Assembly: GCA_036336855.1 (NCBI GenBank)
Contig: JAYZFI010000031.1
Span: forward strand, 8,240-72,239
Direction of reading: 5' to 3'
DNA length: 64,000 nt
Source: Candidatus Latescibacterota bacterium
Lineage (GTDB): Bacteria; Latescibacterota; UBA2968; UBA8231
Part shown: piece by piece, positions 22,792-30,857 of the stretch
Layout: each line of letters opens with the position of its first letter
Position numbering within the stretch: position 1 is the stretch's first letter
Notes under the pieces: model-generated
Database searches by the model: none
The model's input: the letters and a program-made list of their open reading frames with translations, nothing else
Told to the model about the DNA's origin: nothing
Made by a program: the position numbers and the translations under genes

Positions 22792-22926
22792 GTGAAGCGT
22801 ACCTTCCAACCCAGCCGGCGGCGGAGACGCAACAAACACGGCTTCCGTCGCCGCATGCGCACTCCCGGAGGCCGGGCCATCATTGCCCGCCGCCGCCGCC
22901 GGGGCCGCAAGCGCCTGGCCGTCTGA
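22792..22926 (+). CDS. rpmH: 50S ribosomal protein L34
   Basis: Not in the ORF track because it is under 60 aa. GTG start. The translation (M)[43 protein letters not shown] is a textbook L34. Located upstream of rnpA. Confidence 0.93.
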   Translation: MKRTFQPSRRRRRNKHGFRRRMRTPGGRAIIARRRRRGRKRLAV

Positions 22927-22956
22927 GCATTTCTCAGCTACATCTGGGTCCGCCCG

Positions 22957-23205
22957 GTGCCATGGATCAAGGGTGACACCCTTTGGATTCGGTCCGGGCA
23001 AGAGGATTCTGGGCTCATCCTCGTGCTCCGCAAGTCGTTGGGAAAGGCAGTGGTGCGAAATCGTCTCAAGAGGCGGCTTCGCCACATCTGCCGCCACATT
23101 GAGCACCCCGGTAGCCTGGTTGTGCTCCCCCGCACGCGTGCCGTGAACACCCCCTTCCGACTTCTTGAGTGTGAGCTGCGCGAACTGGTGGAGAGAGTAG
23201 AGTGA
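22957..23205 (+). CDS. rnpA: Ribonuclease P protein component (annotated from the first canonical start; N-terminus uncertain)
   Basis: RNR motif region GKAVVRNRLKRRLRHICRH. GTG at 22957 is the first canonical start after the in-frame rpmH stop and gives only 82 aa, versus roughly 110-130 typical. See the finding on this junction. Confidence 0.8.
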   Translation: MPWIKGDTLWIRSGQEDSGLILVLRKSLGKAVVRNRLKRRLRHICRHIEHPGSLVVLPRTRAVNTPFRLLECELRELVERVE

Positions 23206-23411
23206 AGTCGTTCCTGCTCGTGCTTGTGCGCACCTATCAACTGGTGCTCTCCCCCCATCTCCCGAGGGCATGCCGCTACCATCCCACCTGCTCTGAGTAC
23301 GCCGCTGAGGCCATCCATCGCTATGGCGCGTTGGGTGGGCTGCGCCGCGCGGTCGGACGACTGTTGCGATGCCGCCCCTTCGGCGCATATGGGTACGACC
23401 CGGTAGACTGA
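23202..23411 (+). CDS. yidD: Membrane protein insertion efficiency factor YidD
   Basis: 69 aa. YQLVLSPHLPRACRYHPTCSEYAAEAIHRYG matches the YidD signature. GTGA overlap with the rnpA stop. Confidence 0.92.
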   Translation: MKSFLLVLVRTYQLVLSPHLPRACRYHPTCSEYAAEAIHRYGALGGLRRAVGRLLRCRPFGAYGYDPVD

Positions 23412-23414
23412 AGC

Positions 23415-25091
23415 ATGGACGACAAGCGAACCCTTCTCGCTTTCCTGGTGGTGGCGATCATTTTCCTGCTCATGCCGCACTACTACGAGTGGTTGAACGG
23501 CCCTATGCCGGAGCCGGTGCAGGAGCAGGTCGAGTCCATGCCCGCGGAGCGAGAAAAGTCGGCCTCCGAGCCCGCACCGCTTGCCGAGCGGACGACGGAG
23601 CTCGGTTTGGCGCCCCCCGGCGCTCCGGGTCCAGCGACCATTCTTCCCGAGCCGATGACGGAGACCTTTGTCGACATCACGACCCCGCGGCAGACGCTGC
23701 GCTTGTCCAGCGTGGGGGGGGCCCTGGTTTCGGCGACCCTATTGCGCTACGCCGATGGAGTTGGCGATCCAGTAGAGCTCGTGCCGGACGGGGCTCGGGG
23801 ATTACTGGTCGAGATGCGGGCTGAGACCGGCGGAGGCGATCTCGATCTTAGCCAGGTCTCGTTTGTGCCCGACCGCGAGAGTCTGCGCCTCGGCGAAGGC
23901 GACGAGGGCAGTGTCACCCTGCGAGCCGATCTCGGCCAGGGACGGTTCGTGGAGAAAATTCTGCGCGTGAGCGCCGATAGCTACGGCGCCGAGTTGACTC
24001 TGCGCTGTGCCGGATTCGACGACCGCATCGTTGCCTTTTTGCACTGGCGCGGCGGTATTGCCCTCGCGGAGCGCGACCGTGAGGTCGACCTGCAGGCCAT
24101 GAAGGTCATGACCTACCTCAACGAGAGCACGGAGGATTTGCAGCTCGACGGCGAGGAGAGCGAGCGCTTCGAGGAGCGCGGGGACGTAAGTTGGGCGGCG
24201 ATCCGTAACAAATACTTCCTCGTCGCCCTCTCACCCCTCGAGGGTGGCCGCTACCGGGTCAATCTGGAAGGGCGTCCGGCGAACCGGCCCCCGCAAAGCG
24301 AGTACGATTTCGCCATTGGGAAGCGGATGGAGCGAGGCGTGCAGAACTGGCCGCTGGCTCTCTACATCGGCCCCCTAGATATCGAAGAGCTCGATGTCTA
24401 CGGGCGCGATCTCGAACAGGCCATGGATCTCGGCTGGTCGGTGATCCGCCCGATTGCCAAGGTTCTGCTGAAGGTGTTAACGGCGGCCCACCAGGTCATC
24501 CCCAATTATGGGTGGGTCATCGTGCTGTTTGGCGTGGTCGTGAAGGCCCTCGTCTACCCGCTGACCCGTAAGACCTACGAGTCGACCGCAAAAATGCAGG
24601 CTCTGCAGCCGAAGGTAGCGGTTCTGAAAGAGAAGTACAAGAATGACAAGCAACGGCTGGGTCAAGCGCAAATGCAGCTGTATCGCGACGAAGGGGTCAA
24701 TCCTCTAAGCAGCTGTCTTCCCCTGCTTTTGCAGATGCCGATTTTTTTCGCTCTCTACCAGGTGTTTTCCAGCACCATCGAGTTGCGGCAAGCCCCTTTC
24801 ATTCTGTGGATCGACGATCTCTCCGTCCCCGACGAGATCCTCATCGGAGGCTTCGGCCTGCACGTACTGCCGCTGCTGATGTCCATCGCTATGTATTTCC
24901 AGTCCAAGATGACGATGAAGGACCCAAATCAGGTGGCGCTCGTTTACGTGATGCCTGTCGTTATGGTCTTTATCATGTGGAACTTCTCATCGGGTCTGGT
25001 CCTTTACTGGACGGTCTTCAACGTTCTTCAAGTCGCACAGCAGATCGTCACTAACAGAGGCACGATCGCCGAGCCGACACCCAAGGTGTAA
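23415..25091 (+). CDS. yidC: Membrane protein insertase YidC
   Basis: 558 aa. N-terminal TM, large periplasmic domain, and a conserved C-terminal core (YGWVIVLFGVVVKALVYPLT, MQALQPK, NPLSSCLPLLLQMPIFFALY). Confidence 0.95.
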   Translation: MDDKRTLLAFLVVAIIFLLMPHYYEWLNGPMPEPVQEQVESMPAEREKSASEPAPLAERTTELGLAPPGAPGPATILPEPMTETFVDITTPRQTLRLSSVGGALVSATLLRYADGVGDPVELVPDGARGLLVEMRAETGGGDLDLSQVSFVPDRESLRLGEGDEGSVTLRADLGQGRFVEKILRVSADSYGAELTLRCAGFDDRIVAFLHWRGGIALAERDREVDLQAMKVMTYLNESTEDLQLDGEESERFEERGDVSWAAIRNKYFLVALSPLEGGRYRVNLEGRPANRPPQSEYDFAIGKRMERGVQNWPLALYIGPLDIEELDVYGRDLEQAMDLGWSVIRPIAKVLLKVLTAAHQVIPNYGWVIVLFGVVVKALVYPLTRKTYESTAKMQALQPKVAVLKEKYKNDKQRLGQAQMQLYRDEGVNPLSSCLPLLLQMPIFFALYQVFSSTIELRQAPFILWIDDLSVPDEILIGGFGLHVLPLLMSIAMYFQSKMTMKDPNQVALVYVMPVVMVFIMWNFSSGLVLYWTVFNVLQVAQQIVTNRGTIAEPTPKV

Positions 25092-25184
25092 TTTCATCAG
25101 CGACCTGAAAGTGCCCTCCGGATGAGTCACGCTTAATAGGCATGACACCTTGTCCGATGAAGGACACTGCTGTCGAGTCCACCC

Positions 25185-26549
25185 TTGGCCGCCCTGTCTA
25201 ATACCGACACGATCGTCGCCGTTGCCAGCCCCCGAGGGGAGGGCGGGATCGGGGTGATCCGCCTCAGCGGCCCCGCCGCCGCCGCGACTGCCGCCCAGCT
25301 CTTCCACAGTGCCAAGACAATCGGTCACCGGCCCCACCGGGTAGAATACGGCAAGGTCCGCGACGCTCAGGGACGCGAAATCGACACCGCTTTGGCCTGG
25401 TTCCTGCCCGGTCCTAAGAGCTACACCGGTGAGGACACCGTTGAGATCTCTACTCACGGCAGCGAAGCCGTTCTCCAGGCCGTGCTAGAGACCGCGGTCG
25501 AGTCAGGCGCTCGGATGGCCGAGGCAGGAGAGTTTACGCGCCGAGCTTTCATCAATGGCAAGCTCGACCTCCCGCAAGCAGAAGCCGTCGTCGATCTGAT
25601 CCGCGCGGGGTCACGGTCGGGTCTGATGACCGCCTACGGAGCGGCAAGCGGAGGCCTGTCCAAGGTCGTGGCGGAGGTGAAAGCAGAAATCGTGGCCGCC
25701 CTTGCCCTCCTGGAAGTAGGGCTCGACTTTGTGGACGAGGATGTCGACACCCCATCCATGGCTCAGGTCGACGCCCACGTCCTTGCAGTGGAGCGGCGGG
25801 CCCGGGAACTCGTGGAGAGCTTCGCCGGAGCGCGGCGACGTCTACAGGGCTGGCAAGTAGCCATCGTCGGCCGGCCCAATGTCGGCAAGTCCACGCTGCT
25901 GAATGCCCTATTGAGCGAAGAACGGGCCATTGTCAGCGAGACCCCCGGGACCACCCGAGATGTGGTAGAAGGACGGGTGATCTGGGCGGGCGAGAGTTTG
26001 AGGCTGGTCGATACAGCAGGCCAGCGTCGGAATCCCGGACCGGTAGAGGCGGAGGGCATTCGACGGGCCCGACAGCGCGCCGAGGAAGCGGATCTCGTCC
26101 TCGTGGTTTTAGATCGGTCCCGGGAGTGGAGCTCTGAGGACGAGTGGGTGATTGGCGCGGCGGGTAACTCACCGCGGCTCTTAGTGCTCAACAAGGCCGA
26201 TCTCTCGCCGCGGTTGCAGCTACCCGCCTCACTGGAGGAACCGGAATTCGTCGCGGTATCCGCCACCACAGGGTCTGGTCTCGAGGGCTTGCGCTCGCGA
26301 ATCTTGCGCCACACGCGGTCCATGAAACCGGAGGCGGCGGTCAGTTTGCTTCGCGATCGGCATCGGGAGCGGATGTCGAGTGTCGCCGATCGGGCCTCTC
26401 GGGCTCGCGAACAGCTCTCAGCGCTGACACCGGAGATCGCGGCCGCCGAGCTTCGGAACGCGTTGGAGGATGTGGGAGAGCTGTTGGGAGAAGAGGTGGA
26501 GGAGGCCGTCCTCGACCGGATCTTCGCCGAGTTCTGCATCGGCAAGTGA
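25185..26549 (+). CDS. mnmE: tRNA modification GTPase MnmE
   Basis: 454 aa, TTG start. N-terminus DTIVAVASPRGEGGIGVIRLSG, G-domain GRPNVGKSTLLN / DTAG / NKAD, and the C-terminal FCIGK motif. Confidence 0.93.
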   Translation: MAALSNTDTIVAVASPRGEGGIGVIRLSGPAAAATAAQLFHSAKTIGHRPHRVEYGKVRDAQGREIDTALAWFLPGPKSYTGEDTVEISTHGSEAVLQAVLETAVESGARMAEAGEFTRRAFINGKLDLPQAEAVVDLIRAGSRSGLMTAYGAASGGLSKVVAEVKAEIVAALALLEVGLDFVDEDVDTPSMAQVDAHVLAVERRARELVESFAGARRRLQGWQVAIVGRPNVGKSTLLNALLSEERAIVSETPGTTRDVVEGRVIWAGESLRLVDTAGQRRNPGPVEAEGIRRARQRAEEADLVLVVLDRSREWSSEDEWVIGAAGNSPRLLVLNKADLSPRLQLPASLEEPEFVAVSATTGSGLEGLRSRILRHTRSMKPEAAVSLLRDRHRERMSSVADRASRAREQLSALTPEIAAAELRNALEDVGELLGEEVEEAVLDRIFAEFCIGK

Positions 26550-27235
26550 GGGCAGTGTTCCACGTGGAACAGCCCGATCCCGATGCGAGCCGCCTTCCCG
26601 GAATGTTTCACGTGAAACAATCGGGCCCCGCGGAGGACATTCGGCAGATCCTGGAGCAGTTCTGTCCGGATTGTGCCGATCGGCACCGCGCGTGGCAGCA
26701 TAGTCTGGAGCGCTACTGCCGCCTGCTTCATCAGTGGACGAAGCGCGTGAACCTCATCTCCCCCCGAGATCGGCCCTGCATTGTCTCCCACCACATTGCG
26801 CCCGCTCTCGCCTTCCGAACCTTGGCCCGTGCTGTGGATCACGAGCGCATCGTCGATGTCGGATCCGGCGCCGGACTGCCAGGGATCCCCCTCTCTATAA
26901 CCCTTCCCCAATCTCACGTCGTGCTCGTCGAGAGCCGCCGCCGCCGGGCCCATTTTCTGCGCCGTGTTGTCGCCGAACTCGAACTGAGTGCGGAGGTCGT
27001 CCATGGACGCGTAGAAAAGTGGATCCCTCTGTGTCCCGCGAACCTTGTCGTAGCCCGGGCGGTGGCCGCGCCTGATGAGCTCCGCGAGCTCACCCGCACC
27101 TGCCGGCACCCGGCGGGGCACATCCTGACCACCCTTCCTCCGGGTGTCGCCAGACGGGGTCCCTCTGCGTCGATCGCGCTGTGTGAGCAGCGATGGCGGG
27201 GTGGTCAGGGTCGTTGCGCCTTGTTTCGTGGATGA
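26546..27235 (+). CDS. rsmG: 16S rRNA (guanine527-N7)-methyltransferase RsmG
   Basis: 229 aa from a GTG overlapping the mnmE stop (GTGA). An alternative ATG at 26603 gives the common MFHVKQ start. SAM-binding DVGSGAGLPGIPL. Follows mnmE directly, with no mnmG between. Confidence 0.85.
   Translation: MRAVFHVEQPDPDASRLPGMFHVKQSGPAEDIRQILEQFCPDCADRHRAWQHSLERYCRLLHQWTKRVNLISPRDRPCIVSHHIAPALAFRTLARAVDHERIVDVGSGAGLPGIPLSITLPQSHVVLVESRRRRAHFLRRVVAELELSAEVVHGRVEKWIPLCPANLVVARAVAAPDELRELTRTCRHPAGHILTTLPPGVARRGPSASIALCEQRWRGGQGRCALFRG
26556..26571. promoter_or_regulatory. parS-like centromere site 1
   Basis: TGTTCCACGTGGAACA is a perfect 16-bp palindrome. It has one mismatch (position 11, G for A) to the widespread parS consensus TGTTNCACGTGAAACA. 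Confidence 0.7.
26604..26619. promoter_or_regulatory. parS centromere site 2
   Basis: TGTTTCACGTGAAACA is an exact match to the parS consensus TGTTNCACGTGAAACA and a perfect palindrome. Confidence 0.85.
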
Positions 27236-27239
27236 GTTG

Positions 27240-27442
27240 TGTGGATAGCGACGGACATCCGGTCACTTTCCCATAAGATATCCACAGGCATCCACTGGAT
27301 CATTGTGGATATGACGTACAGGTCAAAATCCGCTCCTGCAACTCTTTAAGGCACTCTGCAATAGCCAAAGAGGTCCTTGTCCACAGATTGATTTGGCCCT
27401 GGTGAATAACTTCATCCACAACGGGGGATAAGGTGTGGATAT
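27240..27442. promoter_or_regulatory. Second DnaA-box cluster (six boxes within 1 mismatch in 203 bp)
   Basis: TGTGGATAG 27240-27248; ATATCCACA 27278-27286; TGTGGATAT 27304-27312; TTGTCCACA 27377-27385; TCATCCACA 27412-27420; TGTGGATAT 27434-27442. Lies in the 313-bp spacer after rsmG. Confidence 0.8.
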
Positions 27443-27469
27443 CCTTGTGGAAGATCCTCCCCCGCGATC

Positions 27470-27499
27470 TTGCTCGGTTTCCCGGTCTGGTCGTATATT
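27470..27499 (+). promoter_or_regulatory. Candidate promoter for the phosphatidyltransferase-tmk-protease genes
   Basis: TTGCTC (27470-27475)-N18-TATATT (27494-27499), 50 nt upstream of the GTG at 27549 and immediately downstream of the DnaA-box cluster. Confidence 0.35.
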
Positions 27500-27548
27500 C
27501 GACTTCGACGCGTCCCAATAGTCTCCTCTCGCCGTCTTTCGGGACATC

Positions 27549-28154
27549 GTGATCATATCCCAGTTCAAGAGTAGAGCGACCGCCGTTCTGCGTCCCTTGG
27601 CGCAGCTCTTTATCCGCGTCGGCTTCCGACCCGACTGGTTGACGCTGATCGGACTGCTGTTGAACGTCGTAGCCACCGGTGCCTTTTTCATGGGCCACCT
27701 GCGGTGGGGAGCGGTCATCATGGGCTTCGCCGGTCTCTGTGACATTCTCGATGGCCAGGTCGCCCGAGAGGGACGTAGCGAGACCAAGTTCGGCGCCCTT
27801 CTCGACTCCACCACAGATCGCTACTCCGAGATCTTCATCTATTTCGGCATTGGCGCCTACCTGGTGCGCGGTGGGGAGTGGATCGTCAGCGGAATCCTGT
27901 TTTTTGCGCTAGCCGGATCCCTCATGGTCAGTTACGTCAGGGCTCGAGCAGAGGGGCTTGGGGAAGACTGTAAGGTCGGGTTCATGCAGCGCCCTGAGCG
28001 CATGGCTGCTCTGGCCTTCGGAGGCCTGTGTGGACATGAGGGGCTCGTATTTGTCCTCGTTGTTCTCGCCGTGACCACGAACTACACGGTGGTGGAACGC
28101 CTCGCCCACATTCGCAACAAGCTCAATGCCGTCCAGCCACCGGCCTCGGCGTAG
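27549..28154 (+). CDS. CDP-alcohol phosphatidyltransferase family protein
   Basis: 201 aa, multi-TM. The exact family signature D-x2-D-G-x2-A-R-x8-G-x3-D-x3-D is present as DILDGQVAREGRSETKFGALLDSTTD. Confidence 0.85.
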   Translation: MIISQFKSRATAVLRPLAQLFIRVGFRPDWLTLIGLLLNVVATGAFFMGHLRWGAVIMGFAGLCDILDGQVAREGRSETKFGALLDSTTDRYSEIFIYFGIGAYLVRGGEWIVSGILFFALAGSLMVSYVRARAEGLGEDCKVGFMQRPERMAALAFGGLCGHEGLVFVLVVLAVTTNYTVVERLAHIRNKLNAVQPPASA

Positions 28155-28277
28155 CGGTGATCCCCATATCATCCGCTTCCGCCCCGCTTATGTGTCCTCG
28201 GCGGTATCGCCCTTGATCGTGATCCAAACACGATGTTCGGGGGGCGTATTGCTGCCGAGCTCGAGTCACGTCCACAG

Positions 28278-28925
28278 ATGAGAGGCGTCTTCATCGCCTT
28301 CGAAGGGATCGATGGCAGTGGATCCACCACCCAGTGTGCCCATCTGTACCATCGTCTAAAGGATGACGCGGTAGATGTCGTCCTCACAAGAGAGCCGGGA
28401 GGAACGCCCCTGGGAGAGCGGTTGCGAGAAGCCGTACTCTCGCCTGAGCTTGATGACGTCGATTCTTTGGCTGAGCTGTTAATCATAGTCGCAGCTCGGA
28501 GGCAGCACGCGCAACAGCTCATTGTTCCTGCACTGGCGAGAGGAAAGCATGTAATCAGCGAGCGATATGCGGCGTCATCTGTAGCCTATCAGGGGGCCGG
28601 TCGTGGGGTGGAGCGAAACATTGTTGATCGCGTCAATGAGTTGGCGGTGGGCGATTGCTCGCCCGACATCGTGATTCTTCTCGATCTCAACGTCGAGCTG
28701 GCTTTGGGTCGCCGGAAGGGCCAACGGGAAGACCGCATTGAGGCAGCAGGGGTCGAATTTCAGATGCGGGTGAGAGAGTCGTATTGCGTCCAGGCTGCAG
28801 CGGATCCAGAGAAATGGTGGCTCCTCGACGCTACGCAGGATGAACAGAAGTTGTCAGAGGTCATTTACAACGGTCTGCGAGAGCGGTTCCCAACCCTCGT
28901 TTCCGATGTCGCACAGCAGGAATGA
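28278..28925 (+). CDS. tmk: Thymidylate kinase
   Basis: Trimmed to the ATG at 28278 (MRGVFIAFEGIDGSGSTTQ; track ORF starts at 28233). P-loop EGIDGSGSTTQ, TREPGGT, and the DRY-like ISERYAASSVAYQG. Confidence 0.9.
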   Translation: MRGVFIAFEGIDGSGSTTQCAHLYHRLKDDAVDVVLTREPGGTPLGERLREAVLSPELDDVDSLAELLIIVAARRQHAQQLIVPALARGKHVISERYAASSVAYQGAGRGVERNIVDRVNELAVGDCSPDIVILLDLNVELALGRRKGQREDRIEAAGVEFQMRVRESYCVQAAADPEKWWLLDATQDEQKLSEVIYNGLRERFPTLVSDVAQQE

Positions 28926-30817
28926 AGAAGAAGAGGCGTGCCACCCGAGTCGGCCCTCTGCAAGCCACGCGGATTGCCGCTTTTCTTACACTTCTGATTC
29001 ACCCGGTGGTCACGTTCGCGGTTCCGGAGGATCCCTATGAGCAGGTCCATCGCAACTGGGAGCGCCTGGGTGCGGTGTACGGTCGTGTGATCGAGCACTA
29101 TTACGACGAAGTCGATCATGACACCATCATGCGCGCCGCCATTGATGGCATGCTGCGACAGTTGGATCCGTACAGCCAATTCTTTGACGAGGAAGGGGTG
29201 CGCCAGCTACGCCAGGACACCACCGGAAAATTCGCCGGTTTAGGAATCACGGTGGGGATCAAGGACCACTATCCGGTTGTGATCGCCCCCATAGAGGGCA
29301 CCCCGGCGGACCGGGCTGGGCTGCGACCCGGGGACCAGATCGTCGCCATCGAGGGCACCAGTACCCTTGGCATGTCCCTGGAAGACGTTGTGAATGCTCT
29401 GCGCGGCGAGCAGGGCACCCGCGCACGTATCACCTTGTCGAGACTGGGACTAACGCCGGATTGGGACGCCGTCATCGAGCGCGAGATCATCATCATCCGC
29501 AGCGTTGCCGTCTCGGACATCATCCGTCCGGGCATCGGCTACATCAGCATGCGGCAGACGCGGTTCTCCGAAGATACCGCACAGGAGGTCGAAGAAGCCT
29601 TGCGCGGCTTGATCTCGGAGGGGGCCATGTCGCTGCTGCTTGACCTGCGCGGAAACCCGGGAGGTCTGCTGGGACAAGCGGCGGAGGTCGCGGATCTCTT
29701 CCTTCCAAAGGGAGCGCCCATCGTATCAGTGCGCGAGCGCGCCGACGAGCGTCACGAAACCAAGGTCTCGCAGAGCAAGCCCGTCGCTGCTGAACTGCCC
29801 CTCGTCGTGCTCATCGACGGCGGAAGCGCCTCCGCGGCGGAGATCGTAGCGGGCGCGGTACAGGACAACGACCGCGGCGTGGTGGTAGGAACGACCTCTT
29901 TCGGCAAAGGCTCGGTGCAGACCATCTTCGATCTGCGCGATCGCGAACAGGCGGCACTCAAACTGACTACAGCCCTCTACTACACGCCTTCAGGACGCAG
30001 CATCCATCGTACCGGTCTCAATGCCAGCGGCTACCTCACGCAGATTCCCTTTGGTGAGGTTAATCTGCCGGCGAGCCTGCTGTTTCACATCATCCTACAT
30101 GCGCCCACTCCTGAAGCGGCGCTGGACCGACTGCGTGCCCGATTTGACCTCGAAGAAAGCAGTGCGCGTACGATCTTGTCGACATCTTTGGAAGACTTGG
30201 TGGGGCAGCGCCACCTTGCCGATGACGAGCCCACCGTCGAGGTGCCACCGCAAGCTTACCAGACCCGGTCGGGACGGCAGGTTCTCGGGGGCGGCGGCAT
30301 CACTCCCGACGTCGTCGTCGACACACAGACACCGCCGCTGTTCGTGCAGGACCTCTACCGGCTGCGGGTATTTTTCGACTTCATCGTCGAGCACATGGGC
30401 AACGGTGAAGTGACTCCGGCCGAGTCTGTGGGTACGGTGGACGAGGAGATGATGGCCGCCTTCCGACGCTACCTGCCGCGCTCGGCGCTAGCCGATATGC
30501 GGCGGCGGGAAGACGAACGTGAACTGGAGGCGCTGCGCACGCGCGTGCAGGAGTCGGGTCGGGACAGGGTAGTAGTCGCCGCTATCGACAGCCTGGATGC
30601 GGTGATCAATCGCCGCTGGTCGGACGAGATCTCCCTCACCGACGAGGCTGAGCTCTTTGTACGCTCCGCTTTGCAGCGCGAGCTCGTCCTGCGGCTGGAA
30701 GGCCACAGCGCCAGCCTACTGGTCGAACTCGATGGCGATCCGCAGGTGGAGATGGCACTAGCGCTGCTTGAAGAACTCGACAGCTACCGCGAACTGCTGC
30801 GCAGCGGCGACGATTGA
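28922..30817 (+). CDS. S41 family C-terminal processing peptidase with PDZ domain and long C-terminal extension
   Basis: 631 aa; ATGA overlap with the tmk stop. Signal-like N-terminus, PDZ (GLGITVG...GTPADRAGLRPGDQIVAIEG), and the S41 catalytic region LVVLIDGGSASAAEIVAGAVQD...GKGSVQ. Confidence 0.85.
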   Translation: MKKKRRATRVGPLQATRIAAFLTLLIHPVVTFAVPEDPYEQVHRNWERLGAVYGRVIEHYYDEVDHDTIMRAAIDGMLRQLDPYSQFFDEEGVRQLRQDTTGKFAGLGITVGIKDHYPVVIAPIEGTPADRAGLRPGDQIVAIEGTSTLGMSLEDVVNALRGEQGTRARITLSRLGLTPDWDAVIEREIIIIRSVAVSDIIRPGIGYISMRQTRFSEDTAQEVEEALRGLISEGAMSLLLDLRGNPGGLLGQAAEVADLFLPKGAPIVSVRERADERHETKVSQSKPVAAELPLVVLIDGGSASAAEIVAGAVQDNDRGVVVGTTSFGKGSVQTIFDLRDREQAALKLTTALYYTPSGRSIHRTGLNASGYLTQIPFGEVNLPASLLFHIILHAPTPEAALDRLRARFDLEESSARTILSTSLEDLVGQRHLADDEPTVEVPPQAYQTRSGRQVLGGGGITPDVVVDTQTPPLFVQDLYRLRVFFDFIVEHMGNGEVTPAESVGTVDEEMMAAFRRYLPRSALADMRRREDERELEALRTRVQESGRDRVVVAAIDSLDAVINRRWSDEISLTDEAELFVRSALQRELVLRLEGHSASLLVELDGDPQVEMALALLEELDSYRELLRSGDD

Positions 30818-30828
30818 TCTTATTGTCA

Positions 30829-30857
30829 TTGCGAAGGCCCCCCACCCTACTTATTAT
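30829..30857 (+). promoter_or_regulatory. Candidate promoter giving a ~480-nt leader for rng
   Basis: TTGCGA (30829-30834)-N17-TATTAT (30852-30857) just after the protease stop. No convincing ORF between here and 31345. Confidence 0.3.

Noticed and set aside
22924-22926. Genome-wide UGA recoding as the explanation for the in-frame rpmH-TGA-rnpA arrangement
   Set aside because: TGA clearly functions as a stop at many well-supported gene ends in this window. Examples are the ATGA/GTGA junctions at 8127, 18160, 23202, 26546, 28922, 42412, 50802, 51497, 53360 and 60225. Any readthrough would have to be local.
25763-27121. 452-aa ORF on the minus strand spanning mnmE and rsmG
   Set aside because: It is antisense to two well-supported genes. 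The translation is low-complexity and Arg/Ser/Ala/Pro-rich with no recognisable motifs. This is the typical shadow ORF of GC-rich DNA.
27300-27814. Two overlapping minus-strand ORFs (132 and 163 aa) across the second DnaA-box cluster and the 5' end of the phosphatidyltransferase gene
   Set aside because: They are antisense to a gene with an exact CDP-alcohol phosphatidyltransferase signature. They have no motifs of their own, and they run through the regulatory spacer.
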